Positions 1-15,660 of a stretch of 64,000 nucleotides of DNA are shown here, one piece after another; position 1 is the stretch's first letter; every line of letters starts with the position of its first letter. The stretch is from the human T2T-CHM13v2.0 reference genome, Homo sapiens. The position numbers and the translations under genes are program-made. The stretch is taken from the NCBI RefSeq assembly GCF_009914755.1, contig NC_060934.1; one strand, 5' to 3'. The notes below the pieces were generated by a model. The model saw nothing but the letters and a program-made list of their open reading frames with translations, had not been told where the DNA came from and did no database searches.

Positions 1-205
1 ATCCTGTTCCATTGGTCTCTTTGTCTGTAACTACACTGGTACCCTAATACCAGGCTGTCTTCGTTATTATAGCTTTATAACAGACCTTAATGTCTCTAAG
101 GCAAGACAGCCCATCTCTACTACTTTGGTTCTTCCTCAGGAGGGTTTTTGTTATTTCTGACCCTTCACTCTTCCAAATAACTGCAGAATTAGCTTGTCAA
201 TTTGA
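1..205 (-). mobile_element. Old L1 (L1M-type) ORF2 fragment
   Basis: Resembles antisense L1 ORF2 (tgttccattggtc...ttattatagctttata...agaattagcttgtcaattt); heavily decayed. Confidence 0.55.
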
Positions 206-377
206 ACTCTTTTCTTACTGGTTGTTTTTAATGTCTCCTCTTTTGTTTTTGGTGTCCACCATGATAGGTCTAACTATATATGTATTAGTGCTGCTTGGTA
301 TACAAAGTGTAAACTGTATCAGAGGATTCCAATGTTCTAGCGTTCTGAAACGTCTCAGTCTTAAATTGTTTCTCCAC

Positions 378-898
378 TAGTGGGAAATAATTCTCCATGG
401 GACTCACAAACTTTTGCATATTTTGTGAGCAGAGGCCCTGACAGCATCAGTTCAGAAAAAACTATTCAAGGATATTTGGAAGATAGAGATAGTGTCTCTC
501 TGGAGCAGACAGCAGATTTGTTTACTGTCTAGTAAGGTAATACTGTCTACTACGATAAATAATACTAAAGATAATGTCTCCCTCCAAGGTAAAGAGCACA
601 TTTGCTTACAGACCATTTTAAAAGGCTTGGGCTTCCGAAGCTCAGGTGTCTTTGGGCATGACCCAAACTCACTGCACGCCCAGTGTGCATCAGGGCCACA
701 TCATCCCCATGGGACTTGGGGAGCAGGGGGAATTGGCTTGAACATAAAGTTCACGCTACCTGTTGTGCGGTGAGAAATAAAGTCCTTTGTGTTTGACCCA
801 GGAATGTTGTGTCTTCAAACAGCATCCATGAAACTGTGGGAAGCTAATTTATGAGCTTGGAAGGAAGGTAAAATCTCAAACCTTTCCCAATTCTTAAC
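378..898 (+). mobile_element. ERVL-class solo LTR (LTR47/MER76-like)
   Basis: Starts tgggaaataattctccatggg; contains ggaagatagagatagtgtctctctggagcag and AATAAAgtcctttgt...gacccagga; ends ttcttaac. Subfamily from memory. Confidence 0.6.
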
Positions 899-1068
899 TT
901 CTCTCATTTTCAGTATTTTAATATAGTGGATCTTCAATCAACATATGTTAAATCTTTTCAATTTGTCATCCCTATGTCTTACTCTCTCTTTACTGTTTTT
1001 CATCTCGTTACTCTGTGTTTTGTGTTATCTTTTTCATGAGTTTCCAGTTCATTTATTCTTGAACTCTC

Positions 1069-1376
1069 TTTTTTTTTTTTTTTTTTTTTTTTTGAGGAAG
1101 GCTCTCGTTCTGTCACTCAGGCTGAAGTGCAATGGCACCATCTAGGCTCACTGCAACTTCCACTTCCTGGGCTCAAAGTGATCCTCCCACCTCAGCCTCC
1201 TAGTAGCTGGAATTACAGGCACGTACCACTACGCCCAGCTAATTTTTGTATTTTTAGTAGAGATGGGGTTTCACCATGTTGGCTAGGCTGTCCTCGAACT
1301 CCTGGCCTCAAGTGATCCACCCACTGCAAACCTCCCAAAGTGCTGGGATTACAGGTGTGAGCCACTGTTCCTGGCC
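1069..1376 (-). mobile_element. Alu (J/S)
   Basis: Poly-T, then reverse Alu dimer ending cctggcc. Confidence 0.95.
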
Positions 1377-1712
1377 CACTTACTCTCTCTTCATTTATGT
1401 GTAATACCCTTTTAACCTATCTACTGAAATTTTAATTGCAATGATTATATTTTTCATTTCTTGTTATTCTATTATTTTTCAGATCTTTCTGGTTGTTTTT
1501 GATGGTTGCTGACTCTTTGCTCAACGTTTTTCTCTATATAGCTCACATGTATTTTTCTATATGCAGTATTCTGCACCCCAATGTTATAAGGCATGGGGGA
1601 TGTAGATCTGTGTTTCTTGTTTCTGCTGAGTCTTGCAAATTTTGGCTTATGTTATTCCCTGTTTGGTAATTTTTCATTGCTTCCCTGAGAGTGTATGTGT
1701 GATATGTAGAGA

Positions 1713-1716
<4 letters not shown>

Positions 1717-1758
<42 letters not shown>
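1717..1758. repeat. (GT)21 microsatellite
   Basis: Uninterrupted GT run. Confidence 0.97.
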
Positions 1759-1760
<2 letters not shown>

Positions 1761-4700
1761 GTATTTATGATGACTTCATATCAGTTGAATCTGTAGGAAT
1801 CCTTAGGACACGATTTTGTTAATGCTTTGCTCCAGATTTATGCTTATCTCTACCAAATGCCACAGAGTTCCACCAATTTGGAAACAAATTATCTACATTT
1901 TTTAAATGTAGTTTCCATGACCTGGCAAGTAGCGTATACTTATACTGCATGCCCATCCAACATTAAGCTTATAGTCACAAATGGTTAGGAGAGGAGAGAA
2001 GATGACTATGATGACTACTATTTTTCCTTGATGTAGAGCAATGGCAAAAGCAGACACATTTTCCCATCTGCTTCCTTTCTTGGTAGGCTAATTTTTTCAG
2101 CTCTGACTTTCTCTGAGGGGGTAGCCCCTTTGAATGTGCTAGCTTTGTGAAAGAGTTTCGTCCTCCAACTGCAACCAAACCCCAGGCCTAGTCATCTTTT
2201 TCCATAGTGGTTAAGTTCTGAGTTCCTTACATGGGCATTGCTATTGAGACAGTCCTGGTCTCCTTTAGCACATTTCTTTGGTTTCAAATTATTATAAGGT
2301 CTTTCTGCCCCTTGAGGATTTTCCTCTACTCTTACAAGTTCAGCAATATAGTTATAAAATACATTTCTCTGACTCATTCTGCATCTAGTCTACCATGGTG
2401 AGAAGGTTTTCAGAATATCTGGTCCTCATGAACTATCATTTCTATATGTATATTTTGCCCATGCACCCAAGAATTGGGCATTTTTCCCTTTTTGCAAGTG
2501 CCTTTTAGAGATGGTTAAAATTAGTTGACCATACAAGTGGGCAGGAGAGACTGCAATTATAGCTTTTCTGTAAGTTACAAAATTGAGACCAAAATTCATT
2601 CTGTAACACCCACACAGCTGGTATAACACAATACATTGATCAGATTGGCACTCCTATTTTTACAAGACAAAGAATTTTCACAGATTATTTTACTTCATGT
2701 GCCCATGGTGTCTACAGACAGCACTTCTCTTTGAGAAATACTGATAAATTTTTTGAATGGATTTCTGATTAATCAAAAAATCATAAATCCTTGTGAACTA
2801 ACATGTGTTTCTTTGAGATACACACTACACACCTAAAAGAGAAGTTACCATATATTTTTGGTAAATAACTCAGCTTGTTCCTGACTGCCCATAGACTTCT
2901 CTTTTTCACTTTCCTAATAAAATTACACTGACACCTTTTGCCTGTCCTTGTAAACATATTGTAGCCTACTTTAACCCTGATGGACTCTTGGGTGTCTTAA
3001 TTGTGGCAAATTTAGTCACAGCATTAGAAGTATATTTTTGGTGACTTCAAACACATTTTTAAAAACTGTGAAATACAGGAAAAGAAGAATCAATAAATGA
3101 AAATGGTGCTGAAATTCTATTTTTGTTTAAACGAAAGGAACTTCCAAACTTCAACTGGTTAGATATTATCTGATCACTCATATGCTAATTCATACAGACT
3201 TATTTTAATTACAGAAAAAAATCGGGTTATTTTTCTCCTGCCATTTTAAAAGTAAAAGACAAAATAATCCAAGAAATCAAGCGTGTGATAACATTAACTA
3301 TTCTGTGAAGTTAAAGATAAGATTAAATTTGACTATAGTCCATGACTGAGTGAGAAACTGGCTGTGGTAATCATAATTTCGGGGGCATCTCTCAGCAATC
3401 TTTAAAAAAAAAAAAAAACCCTCTAAGTTTGAAAGGATGAGAGCAAATTTGCTCAGCGTAGAAACAGAAAGGAGCTAGAAATAATGACGTAAAGAAAAGC
3501 CCATTCATGGTGTCTCAGATGGGTGCTTTCCCTTCACGTTGCCTGAACACCTTTAAATATCTTCCAACCAGATCTGTATGCGCCATGAGAGCCTGGCAGA
3601 CATGGTTAGGATCGTTCTGAAAAATTTTTTCAAGGCAGTCCATTCAAAGGCATCCTGTTCTAAACAAAGGGCCCTACGTGCTCCTGTACACCAGGAGGAA
3701 GAAGCACGTGTGATGCTCTGTCTGGATCTGCCCCTTTTCATGCTTTCAGAGTGAAGAGAGGAGTCTTTATCCTGGAAAGATGAAGGGATTGCAAATAAAG
3801 ATGGATTACTATTTAAGGTTGTAATTTGCTTACTTGGGAGTCTACTTTCTTCAATTGAAAGAGCTGTATCAAGCAAGACTCTTCGAAAATTTCCTCCTAA
3901 TGCTCTTGATAATGGGTTAAAAATATTCTTCAATTAAGCTTGAAAACTGCTCTGTGGAACAAGCCCAGGGCCATTATCTCTGCCATTATACAGTGCAGGA
4001 GCCTCTGCAGGCTGGGAAGCTACGCCTACAGCCAGAAAGGTCACATGAATAGCCACTCGCCGCGCAGTACAACTACATGTGTCGTCAGTATGCAGAGGTC
4101 ACCCTTGCACTCTCTTAGTTTCACATGTGATCACCAAAATACAGAAGGAGGACTCTGCTCTGCATACCCCACAGATCAGTGTGACGACAGTCTTTTCACT
4201 TTCACCTCAACTACAAAACTGTGGCTGAGCCAGAAGGGAAGCTTCCACTCCCATGCTGTAAATGAGATGAAATCCACCCTCTTTTCAGACTGCCCTTTGG
4301 TGACAGGTGGGTCCCAGAGCCAGGAGCAGGTAGTGCCTCTAAGAAAAGAGTGCTGGGTAGTAGTGGGGTCTTTCTTGGGCAGTGACGGGTACAGGGGCAT
4401 TTTCAAAGAAGAGTAGTTCAATTACTCTACACTCCAGGAGTCACAGAAGGGACTAGGGTTAAATATGACTCCACGAACACTGTTTATGGTACCAACACTG
4501 ACCTTTCCTTTATTGCAAATTTTATAGAACCTACTAAAATATACTGCACAGAAGCATCTAATGCATCTCCTTTAACACATGACTCTATTTTATAAGGAAG
4601 AAAGGCTTTATGTTAATTTTAGAAGTTTATGAGGTCTTGAGGGAAATTACAGATCACTCCACGGATATTCCATTTTCTGTACCCATACCAAAACGACCAC

Positions 4701-5336
4701 TATCGTCCCAATGAGGAATTCAGGGAGAGCTGCTCACACGCACTGATGATGGCTCTAGCTCTGCGACAGTCAATCACTTTCTGTGTGACTCTTAGGTATG
4801 TGGAAAGATATTTCTGGAGGCTTAAAAGTCACTAGGACACCAAACCCAGAGAAGCAAGGAAGTGTTACATACTGCCTAAAATTTCATGTACTGCTTATTT
4901 CCCAAAATAATTGCTGCATCTAAGACAACATTGATGAATGCTTCTTGCTAATAAATGAGTGTTTCAAAACAGGCCGAGTACTAGGCTTTGAACCAGGAGA
5001 CCTGGGTTAGAGTCTGCAGTCCCAGATGGGTGATCCTGCAGTGGTCACTTGACCTATGGGAACTACACTTTTTACCTACGCAAAGAGAGGTCATTAAACT
5101 AGATTATCTGAGACTTCTTTGAACTCTACTATAATTTAATTAATATTCTAGCTAAAGAGTTGTACAACTTTTCTTTCCTAACATCATCTTCTAATGAAGT
5201 CTTTAGCAGTTTAGAGACATAATACCGGAAATAAACTTCTCTTTACCATATATTCTTGATAAAACTCTAGCCTATGCTTGCTGAGGCATTCCATGATATA
5301 CTATTATTAACACTGACAGCACCTAGTATTTATTGA

Positions 5337-5673
<337 letters not shown>

Positions 5674-5855
5674 ACGTTCTAAGTGCTCTTATATGCATTA
5701 TCTCATACACTCTTTCCTAACAACCCTCCAAGAAGAACACTATTATCATCTAATTTTACAGATGAGATAACTGGTGCTCAGAAAGTTAAACAACATAAAC
5801 ACTAAGTGGTGGGCTCAGGATTTGAACTAAAGGAAGTCTGACTCCAGAACCCACC
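5674..5855 (-). mobile_element. MIR fragment
   Basis: MIR core: attttacagatgagataactggtgctcagaaagttaa...ggatttgaac...tctgactccagaaccc. Confidence 0.75.
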
Positions 5856-6924
5856 ACCCAAATACACTGTTAAATTGAATGACCACAGCAATGCATTAAA
5901 TTCTCAACAAATAATACTCAAAGCAAACATAGTTATCTCAAAATCTGCATGAAGAACACAAACTTCCATTCTTCCACAAAAAGCATTCACATCTTGTCCA
6001 GATTTTTATGTAAGAGAAATATTTTGACACATAAATATTAATGATATATAATAACTTTTCGTTTTGAACAAAGACTTCTGTCTAAAATTTATTCCTTAAA
6101 AAAACTGCATTTTTTTCCCCATGGAGATATCTTCTAAACCTATGTAAAAAGATCATATTAGGCAAAACGGAAAGAATAAAATATTTAAGACATGCTGACA
6201 CTGAAGATATTCCACGGATCATCCTAAAATTTAGACAAATTTCTATTACAGTGCTATGATAAATGGACAAGGTAACATATTGGACAAAGGAACAAGGACT
6301 CAACAGTTCAACTAGGCTGCTATGCAGTTATGAATAATTTTAATAAATATGCAAAGCTGGTATTCTGCCACATAAAATAGCTAGTCAATTGTGAACCTGA
6401 AATATATTTTTAAAGTATACTGTGTCCTTGGGATTAAATAATTAATCATAACTTTCATGAATATCACTATTTTTGACCCTATGATATCTGCATTTTTGGC
6501 TTATGCTTTTTTAAGATTAATTTTGATCTCTTCACCATTTTATCTGTGACTATTTTACAGGTTATTAATATAACTCAATTTTTATTCTACAGCTATTCTA
6601 GGTCTGTATACTAGAATACATTGATGATCCCTTACTACAAGTACTTTTATACCTAGAGATAGCACTGCTGAACTTCAAGGATATGATTTGAAATAATAGA
6701 TCATATCTACATCTTTGAAATATACACAGAAAGCCACAGAATGCGTGTAGAAACAAATACATCTAAAAGGTCAAAGAAAGGGTAAAGAAGCAAGTACCCT
6801 TCTCCTGCAGTAACTGAACAAGGACATCACAACTGCACTCTCAAATAACATGTTGATCTGAAGATACTTACTTTAGACTTTCCTAATGGCCAAAGCTTGA
6901 GATGCTGGTTCAGAGAGTTATCTG

Positions 6925-6988
6925 GGCCAGGCGTGGTGGCTCACACCTGTAATCCCAGCACTTTGGGAGGCCGAGGCAGGTGGATCAC
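6925..6988 (+). mobile_element. Alu 5' fragment (64 bp)
   Basis: ggccaggcgtggtggctcacacctgtaatcccagcactttgggaggccgaggcaggtggatcac, then an abrupt end. Confidence 0.92.
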
Positions 6989-7134
6989 ATAGTGTTTGCA
7001 CTAAAGTATTTAAAAATAGTCCAAAACTATTATAACAAGTTTGTGTTTTGCAAGGATAGACCTAACTGCCCCTGGGAAATCTCTAGGTGGGCTCACAGCC
7101 ACCTTAAACTCAGGGTGTTAAAAAATGAGCCATC

Positions 7135-7502
7135 AGCCGGGTGCGGTGGCACACACCTGTAATCTCAGCACTTTGGGAGGCTAAGGTGGGTGGATTACTT
7201 GAGGTCAGGAGTTCAAGACCAGCCTGGCCAGCATGGTGAAACCTCATCTTTATATAAAAATACAAAAATTATCCAGGCATGGTGACGCATGCCTGTAATC
7301 CCAGCTACTCAGGAGGCTAAAGCAGGAGAACTGCTTGAACCCCAGCATTGCGGGGCGAAGGTTGCAGTGAGTTGAGATTACGCTACTGCTGCACTCCAGC
7401 CTGGGCGACAGAGTGAGACTCCGCATCAAAAAAAACCAAACCAAAACAAAGCAAAACAAACAACAACAACAACAACAACAACAAAAAACAAAGAAAAAAA
7501 CA
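7135..7502 (+). mobile_element. Alu (S-like) with (CAA)n-expanded tail
   Basis: Full dimer; A-rich tail containing caacaacaac run. Confidence 0.95.
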
Positions 7503-7905
7503 AGTTATCTGTTAATTACCACTGAGTCATAAAGACTCTGGGTCTATCTCCAGCTCAAGAATAAAACTGACACCAAGGAGGGAACTTATACTTTAGCTGT
7601 CTGTTAGTTAATCTGAAATCATCTCTGGGAAGCAATATATTTTCTAAGATTCACTTTTCTAATAATGTTCATTATAGGTACCCAAAGGGGTAGGGAATAA
7701 AAGTTAAGAGCACTGAGCATTTGGATTCAGATTCTGTCTTGTTATCTTAAGCTAAATCTATTTATTACAATTAACCTCCTTTCAGTTACTGAGTACTAGC
7801 GAGTGACATGAACTAGTGACTACTCTGTATATATTATCTCAATTCTCCAAACAATGCAATTAGTACTAGGGTACAATTAAATAGTACCATAAAATATGCC
7901 ATTAA

Positions 7906-8262
<357 letters not shown>

Positions 8263-8484
8263 TGAGCCTGCCAGATATCAGGTACTTAGGCTCTAAGCAA
8301 AATTTGGTGAATCAAAAAGATACGTAATCTGAGCCTAAAAGTTACATTCTAGTAGAAAAAAACGTATTAATCAAATAACCACACAAATAAATATAAATAT
8401 ATGAGAACAATAAATGCTAAAGGAGGAGCAAGGTATTCTGATAATAGAATAACTGGTAGACTAGGACTGAGCTTGGAGTTTGCA

Positions 8485-8655
8485 GTGAGAAATGCTTGGG
8501 TTTCAATTCTGGCTCTACTACATATTAAAACTGTAACCTTGAGCAAGTTACTTAATCCCCCTGTATTTCAGCTTCTCCTTTGAGAAAATGGGGATAAGCA
8601 GTATTCACCTCATAGAGTTATCATGATTAATAAGTATTCAATGAACATTAGATGA
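8485..8655 (+). mobile_element. MIR fragment
   Basis: gggtttcaattctggctctacta...gtaaccttgagcaagttacttaat...gaaaatggggataa...acctcatagagtt. Confidence 0.75.
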
Positions 8656-10012
8656 GGTTGTTTTCTGTTATTATCATTATTTGACCTTGATGAGATGTGG
8701 GGGCAGTGATCAGGGTAGACTCCCAAAGGAAAGTGATAAAAGACCTAAAATCTGCAGAACAGTGGAAATTAACTGTGCAATGAAGGACGATGAGTATTGT
8801 ATAGAAGACACGTTTCAGGCAGAGGGACCAGTGGTTGAGAAGATCCTGTGAGCAAAATATATTACCTAGCTAGATCGTCTTGGGTTGGTCATTTAATCAT
8901 TTTGGAACTCAATTTCATCATCTAAAAAGTAACAAGGAAAATGAGATCATTTCTATGGTTTCCTGAACTTTATAATTCTATAAAATTTGAACATCATAAA
9001 ACATTTGAAATAGGATTTAATTGAACATGGTTTTTTTTCCCCCCAAGTTTTACTGCTTTCCCTGGTTCTCAGTGCAGTCACAAAGGTCCTCAGATATAAA
9101 TTTCAAGAGCATTCCTATTTTGTCTCCTTTCTACTCCCCTTCCTCTGATCTCCCTCATTATTAACTTTCCTAGATCTGTAAATAAAAGGAGGCACACTGC
9201 AGTGACCTCATTTTCTGTCTTTGATGGTGGTTTACACTTTTCCCACTGTGATGTCAATTTGCCGTTTCAAGAGTATCAGCCACTGACATGATTCCAGGCA
9301 ACTATGTCTCCTCAGAAAGCCTGTTGTGTACAAATATGGCTGGTTATATGTTTAAGGTTACCAAACTTCTCAGATAATCTTATATATAGTTATGGCCATA
9401 GACATGTTCATTCACCAAGAGGTGGTGCACTTTTCCTTTAATACTGTTGTGCTTTCTGTAGCGGTTCAAGCCTCACTACTTTGACCTGCAGTCTATTACA
9501 AAGAGTCTTTGTAAGTTTCTGTTAAGAGGAACATTTATACAAATGTTAGAATTCTGCTATCAGATCTTATTTTTCCCAAAACAAATGCTAGACCAGAGCT
9601 GTGCACAGTGTGACCTACAAACGTGCAACTCCTAATATGTTACAGAAGAAAAAAAATTCAGGGCATTAAAATAATGCGCTCACGATCATGTGACCACCCA
9701 GAATGTAGAACTGTCATTCAAACCCAGGCCTGCCTCACTCTAAAAGGCCCATGTGATTTCTGTTGTATTGTCTTCTTGAAATTAACATTTTCTGTTTTTT
9801 TTCCCCCCCCAAAGCACCATACTGCTTTTTAACCATTTTTCATTAATTCCCCTTTTGGAATTTCTACCAGCTGCTGATCTTTCACCGTGTTTGGCTACTT
9901 ACCCACCCCAGGGAAAGCCAAGCCAATGTCTTCTTTCCACATCATCAAAGAGAAACCTCCCTCTTCCTAACAGTGACACTCATCTACAAAAGCTGCCATT
10001 TCTTCATCTTCT

Positions 10013-10300
10013 TTTTTTTGTTTGTTTTATGTGTGTGTGTTGTTCCCCTCCCTGTGTCTATGTATTCTCATTGTTCGGCTCCCACTTACAAATGAGAACA
10101 TGTGGTGTTTGGTTTTCTGTTCCTGTGTTAGTTTGCTGAGGATAATGGCTTCCAGCTCCATCCGTGTCCCTGCAAAGGACATGATCTCATTCCTATATTA
10201 TGGTTGCGTAGTATTCCATGGTGTATATGTACCATATTTTCTTTATCCAGTCTATCACTGATGGGCATTGGGGTTGATTCCATGTCTTTGCTATTGTAAA
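10013..10300 (-). mobile_element. 5'-truncated L1PA (PA10-13-like) 3' fragment
   Basis: Antisense L1 3'UTR/ORF2 end (gagaacatgtggtgtttggttttctgttcctgtgttagtttgctgaggataatggc...); exact 10-bp TSD ttcatcttct at 10003 and 10301. Confidence 0.9.
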
Positions 10301-10994
10301 TTCATCTTCTCTTCTTTATTCATACTTACATGCCCAAAGTCAGAGCAAGAAGGCAAAAGTACTGGTATTTAATAGCATATAGTATGTCTTTCTTACCTTA
10401 TAGACTGATTAAGAGGAGTTCATAGAAACTGTAGTCTCTCACAAATGGTGTCTAGGTCCATCTTTTCTCCCAAATTATAAAACTAAGATCTAGATAAAGC
10501 AGTTTCTACTCAGGCCCATGTAGTGCAAATCAATTCAGTAAGTTGTTTTCTAAGCTGACCAGGTGAATTGTTTACTTCCCATTGCTTATGCTGGAGAATA
10601 ACTAAGGAGGAAAAACGTAGAACATTTTAAATTACAGAAGAAAGCGCAGGGGCTAGCAAACTTGGCTTGGTGCCTAAAATGAAAAGAGATAGATTTCGAC
10701 AGTGTTCACTGAGCTTGCTACATAATCGTACATGCTAAAGACCCCTTTTTATTCCATGGTAAGATCCAAGATATGGCCACTCAATCTGATAAACAAAACT
10801 CCTCAAAGCAGCTAGCAATGCATACCCACAGACATGAATTGATAAACTGAGAACCTACCTCTTCAAAGCAAAAGGCCCTGAAGCTAGAATATTCTGTTGC
10901 TGCAGTATTCTGGGCTGCACCATAATGAGGGGTTGCCAGGCTGGTGACTAATCAAAGCAGGGTTTCTGGGAGGACTTGGCCACAGGAAGGTAAG

Positions 10995-11185
10995 TTCTAC
11001 CTCCAGCCTAAACTTGCTTCCTGAATTCCAAGCCCATAAGACATTCTCAATTAGATATCTCTCCACTTAAGGGTCTCCCAAAACCTCAAATTTAGTGCAC
11101 ATAAGACCAAACTCATCTTTCATGCTCCCTGCTTTGCCTCTTTTTCTTCTGGTGTTCCCTTGGTCAGTACTGGTCAGCACCATGG
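10995..11185 (+). mobile_element. L2 fragment
   Basis: ctccagcc...tcctgaattcca...atctctccactt...acctcaaatttag...accaaactcat resembles the L2 3' region. Confidence 0.55.
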
Positions 11186-11203
11186 ATAGCGCCACAGAAC
11201 CTC

Positions 11204-11504
<301 letters not shown>

Positions 11505-11554
11505 TAAAGCTCCTGAAATGACTGAAATGAAAGAACCTTGTGGTAGAACAATTT

Positions 11555-11655
11555 ACACCTACTCCTATGTTCATCACAGCACTACTCACAATTGCAAAGA
11601 CATGGAATCAACCTAGGTGCCCATCAATGGTGGGCTGGATTAAGAAAATGTGGTA
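11555..11655 (+). mobile_element. L1 ORF2 3'-end fragment
   Basis: tatgttcatcacagcactactcacaattgcaaagacatggaatcaacctaggtgcccatcaatgg...aagaaaatgtggta. Confidence 0.8.
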
Positions 11656-11756
11656 GAAACAGGGTCACACTATGTTGTCCAGGCTAGTCTCGGAACTCCT
11701 GGGTTCAAGTGATCCTCCTGCCTTGTCCTCCCAAAGAGCTGGGATTACAGGTGTGA
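11653..11756 (-). mobile_element. Alu left-monomer/FLAM-like fragment
   Basis: gtagaaacagggtcacactatgttgtccaggct...ctcccaaagagctgggattacaggtgtga. Confidence 0.8.
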
Positions 11757-11877
11757 TCTTTTGACAATCTTTGATAGCTCCCTTGCTTTCTGGATTGTTA
11801 AGATGTTTGAGGCTTTGTTCTACATTCTCCTGATAGGGACCTGCAATTAGTCATTTCCTCAAAGGCCCCAAAGGGGG

Positions 11878-12354
<477 letters not shown>

Positions 12355-12445
12355 GGCTCAAAGGCTTTTAAGTGAGAAATTGTATATCAGATAATCCAGG
12401 ATTATCTTATTTTACAGTTTTGCAGTTACTTAAAAAGGTAAATCT

Positions 12446-13345
<900 letters not shown>

Positions 13346-15191
13346 ACAAATCTATCTGGCCCAATGTCACAAAGCTAGCAAAAGGTAAGGGTAGGGCTTG
13401 AACCCAGGCAGCCTGTTTCCAGGGCCAGGCTTACACCCACTGGTCTACAGGTGGAAGAGAACCTAGCATGTCTCCTAGGGCAAGCTTATTCTCCAAGGCT
13501 ACACCTGCTCCTCATTAAAAGGCACTTCATAGTTTTTGTACATTTCCTTAGAGGGTATTCAGAAGTCCTTTGACCCCATTGAAATGCTTCTTCAGGGTCC
13601 ATAAGTCCCGCTGGGAGAAGCGTTCATCTCCGGTACCTGGTAGGACTCAGAGACCAGAAGCGCTGTGATACTGTGGTTCTGACAATTGCTGTGGAGTCCC
13701 TGTTTCTCTTTTGTATAGCATGCAGCCACACTTATTCTCAAAAGCAGGACATTTGCTCCAACATGAACAGAGCAGCTACAAATTTTTCTTTTTACTGGTG
13801 CCATACATAATTAAAATGAAACCATGTTATTTCCACATTTTAGGAGAAAGAAACAAAATACCAATTTTCTCCTCAACACTTAATTAACAATGGGAATTTG
13901 ACTGGGAGAATTTTTCTTAGCAATATAGGAAATTAATTCCATCTGTGAGAAAATTTAAGCTCAAATGGAGAAGCCCTGTCTTGACAGGATTCTTCTGTGT
14001 GGAGAAAAGCCAAATGTTTCTTGAAGCACGTGATCATGCCTGACTGGCGCTGGATGTCCCTGTGTTCAACAGGTCAGGCTCCATCTCAAATGACGCAGGT
14101 GGAAGGATGAGCAACGGCACAGCCTCCTGCAGCACACAGATGCTTCTCAATGGGGCTGATCAGGAGACCTCTGGCACCCAAAGACTGCGTGATGACTGAG
14201 GGACTCTTTATGCTCGCTTCTGCCTAGGTCCTTAGGTTCAGAGATCAGGCTCTAAGTACTTTTTCTGACTTGCCAACGTAACCCGCACATATTTTAAGGG
14301 CTGGGAAGAAGAGCTGCCTCCCCTCCCCTCTCCTCTGCTGTTTATTTTCAAGCAATTACTATAGTTCAAAGCCTGCCAATTTACCTTTTATAGGCTCTTT
14401 CACACCATCGTGATGGAACACAAAAGCAACACCTGCATCCTGAGGCTCTCAGCAGCCAATATCTAGGTCCTACACACAGAGGTGTCTGTTAGGGGATGGG
14501 AGGCCTGGCTGACTCAAAAACAAAACAAAATATAAGGCAAGTGGGCTGAGTCCAGGTCAAACAAAGCGTCTGTTTTTGTTTTGTTCCCCTCCCCCTGGCC
14601 CCCGATATTGCCCTTTAAAATTCTGTGTGCAGGAGTTTCTTTCAAAGCCTAGCTAAAAAGAGCGACTAGATTTGATGGGAAATAGCTGGTTGGGAAAGGC
14701 TGCAGCCTTGGAAACATCAGAGCAACATTTATGGTGATGGAAGTGGCAGTAATAATATGAAATCTGAGCAACTCAGACACAAGGAAAAGGGAAACACTGA
14801 AAATGTGTCACGGATGTGTCACGGAAGGTTTTTTTTTTTTTTTTTTAAATCCTCTAACAGAAATGTTTACACTGCAGGTGACAAAGTATGCTTGAAACAA
14901 CAACAGCTCTCATCGAATATTCAGAGAGTCCACTAGGTGCCAGGCAATGTCTGAAGCTCCTGAGGACAGAGCAGTGTACAAAACTACGTCTCCCGCTCTT
15001 GCAGGAGACTCCATTCTAAGCATAAGAGAGACGATAAAATTGGAGGCAGGAGTGGGTGGTGGGCGATGGGGTCCACTTTAGATACAGTGATAATGGAAAA
15101 AATTTTGTTGAGATGGCATTTGAACTGAAACTTGAATGAGATAAGACAGCAAGCCTAAGGTCATTTAGAAATTGAATATAAGTGTAAAGCC

Positions 15192-15660
<469 letters not shown>

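Noticed and set aside
3553-4421. 126-aa (-), 158-aa (+) and 81-aa (-) ORFs in non-repeat DNA
   Set aside because: The two longer ones use non-ATG starts. None has a recognisable domain or convincing flanking splice sites, and the lengths are within chance expectation.
14803-14824. atgtgtcacgg x2
   Set aside because: Simple 11-bp tandem duplication with no further structure.
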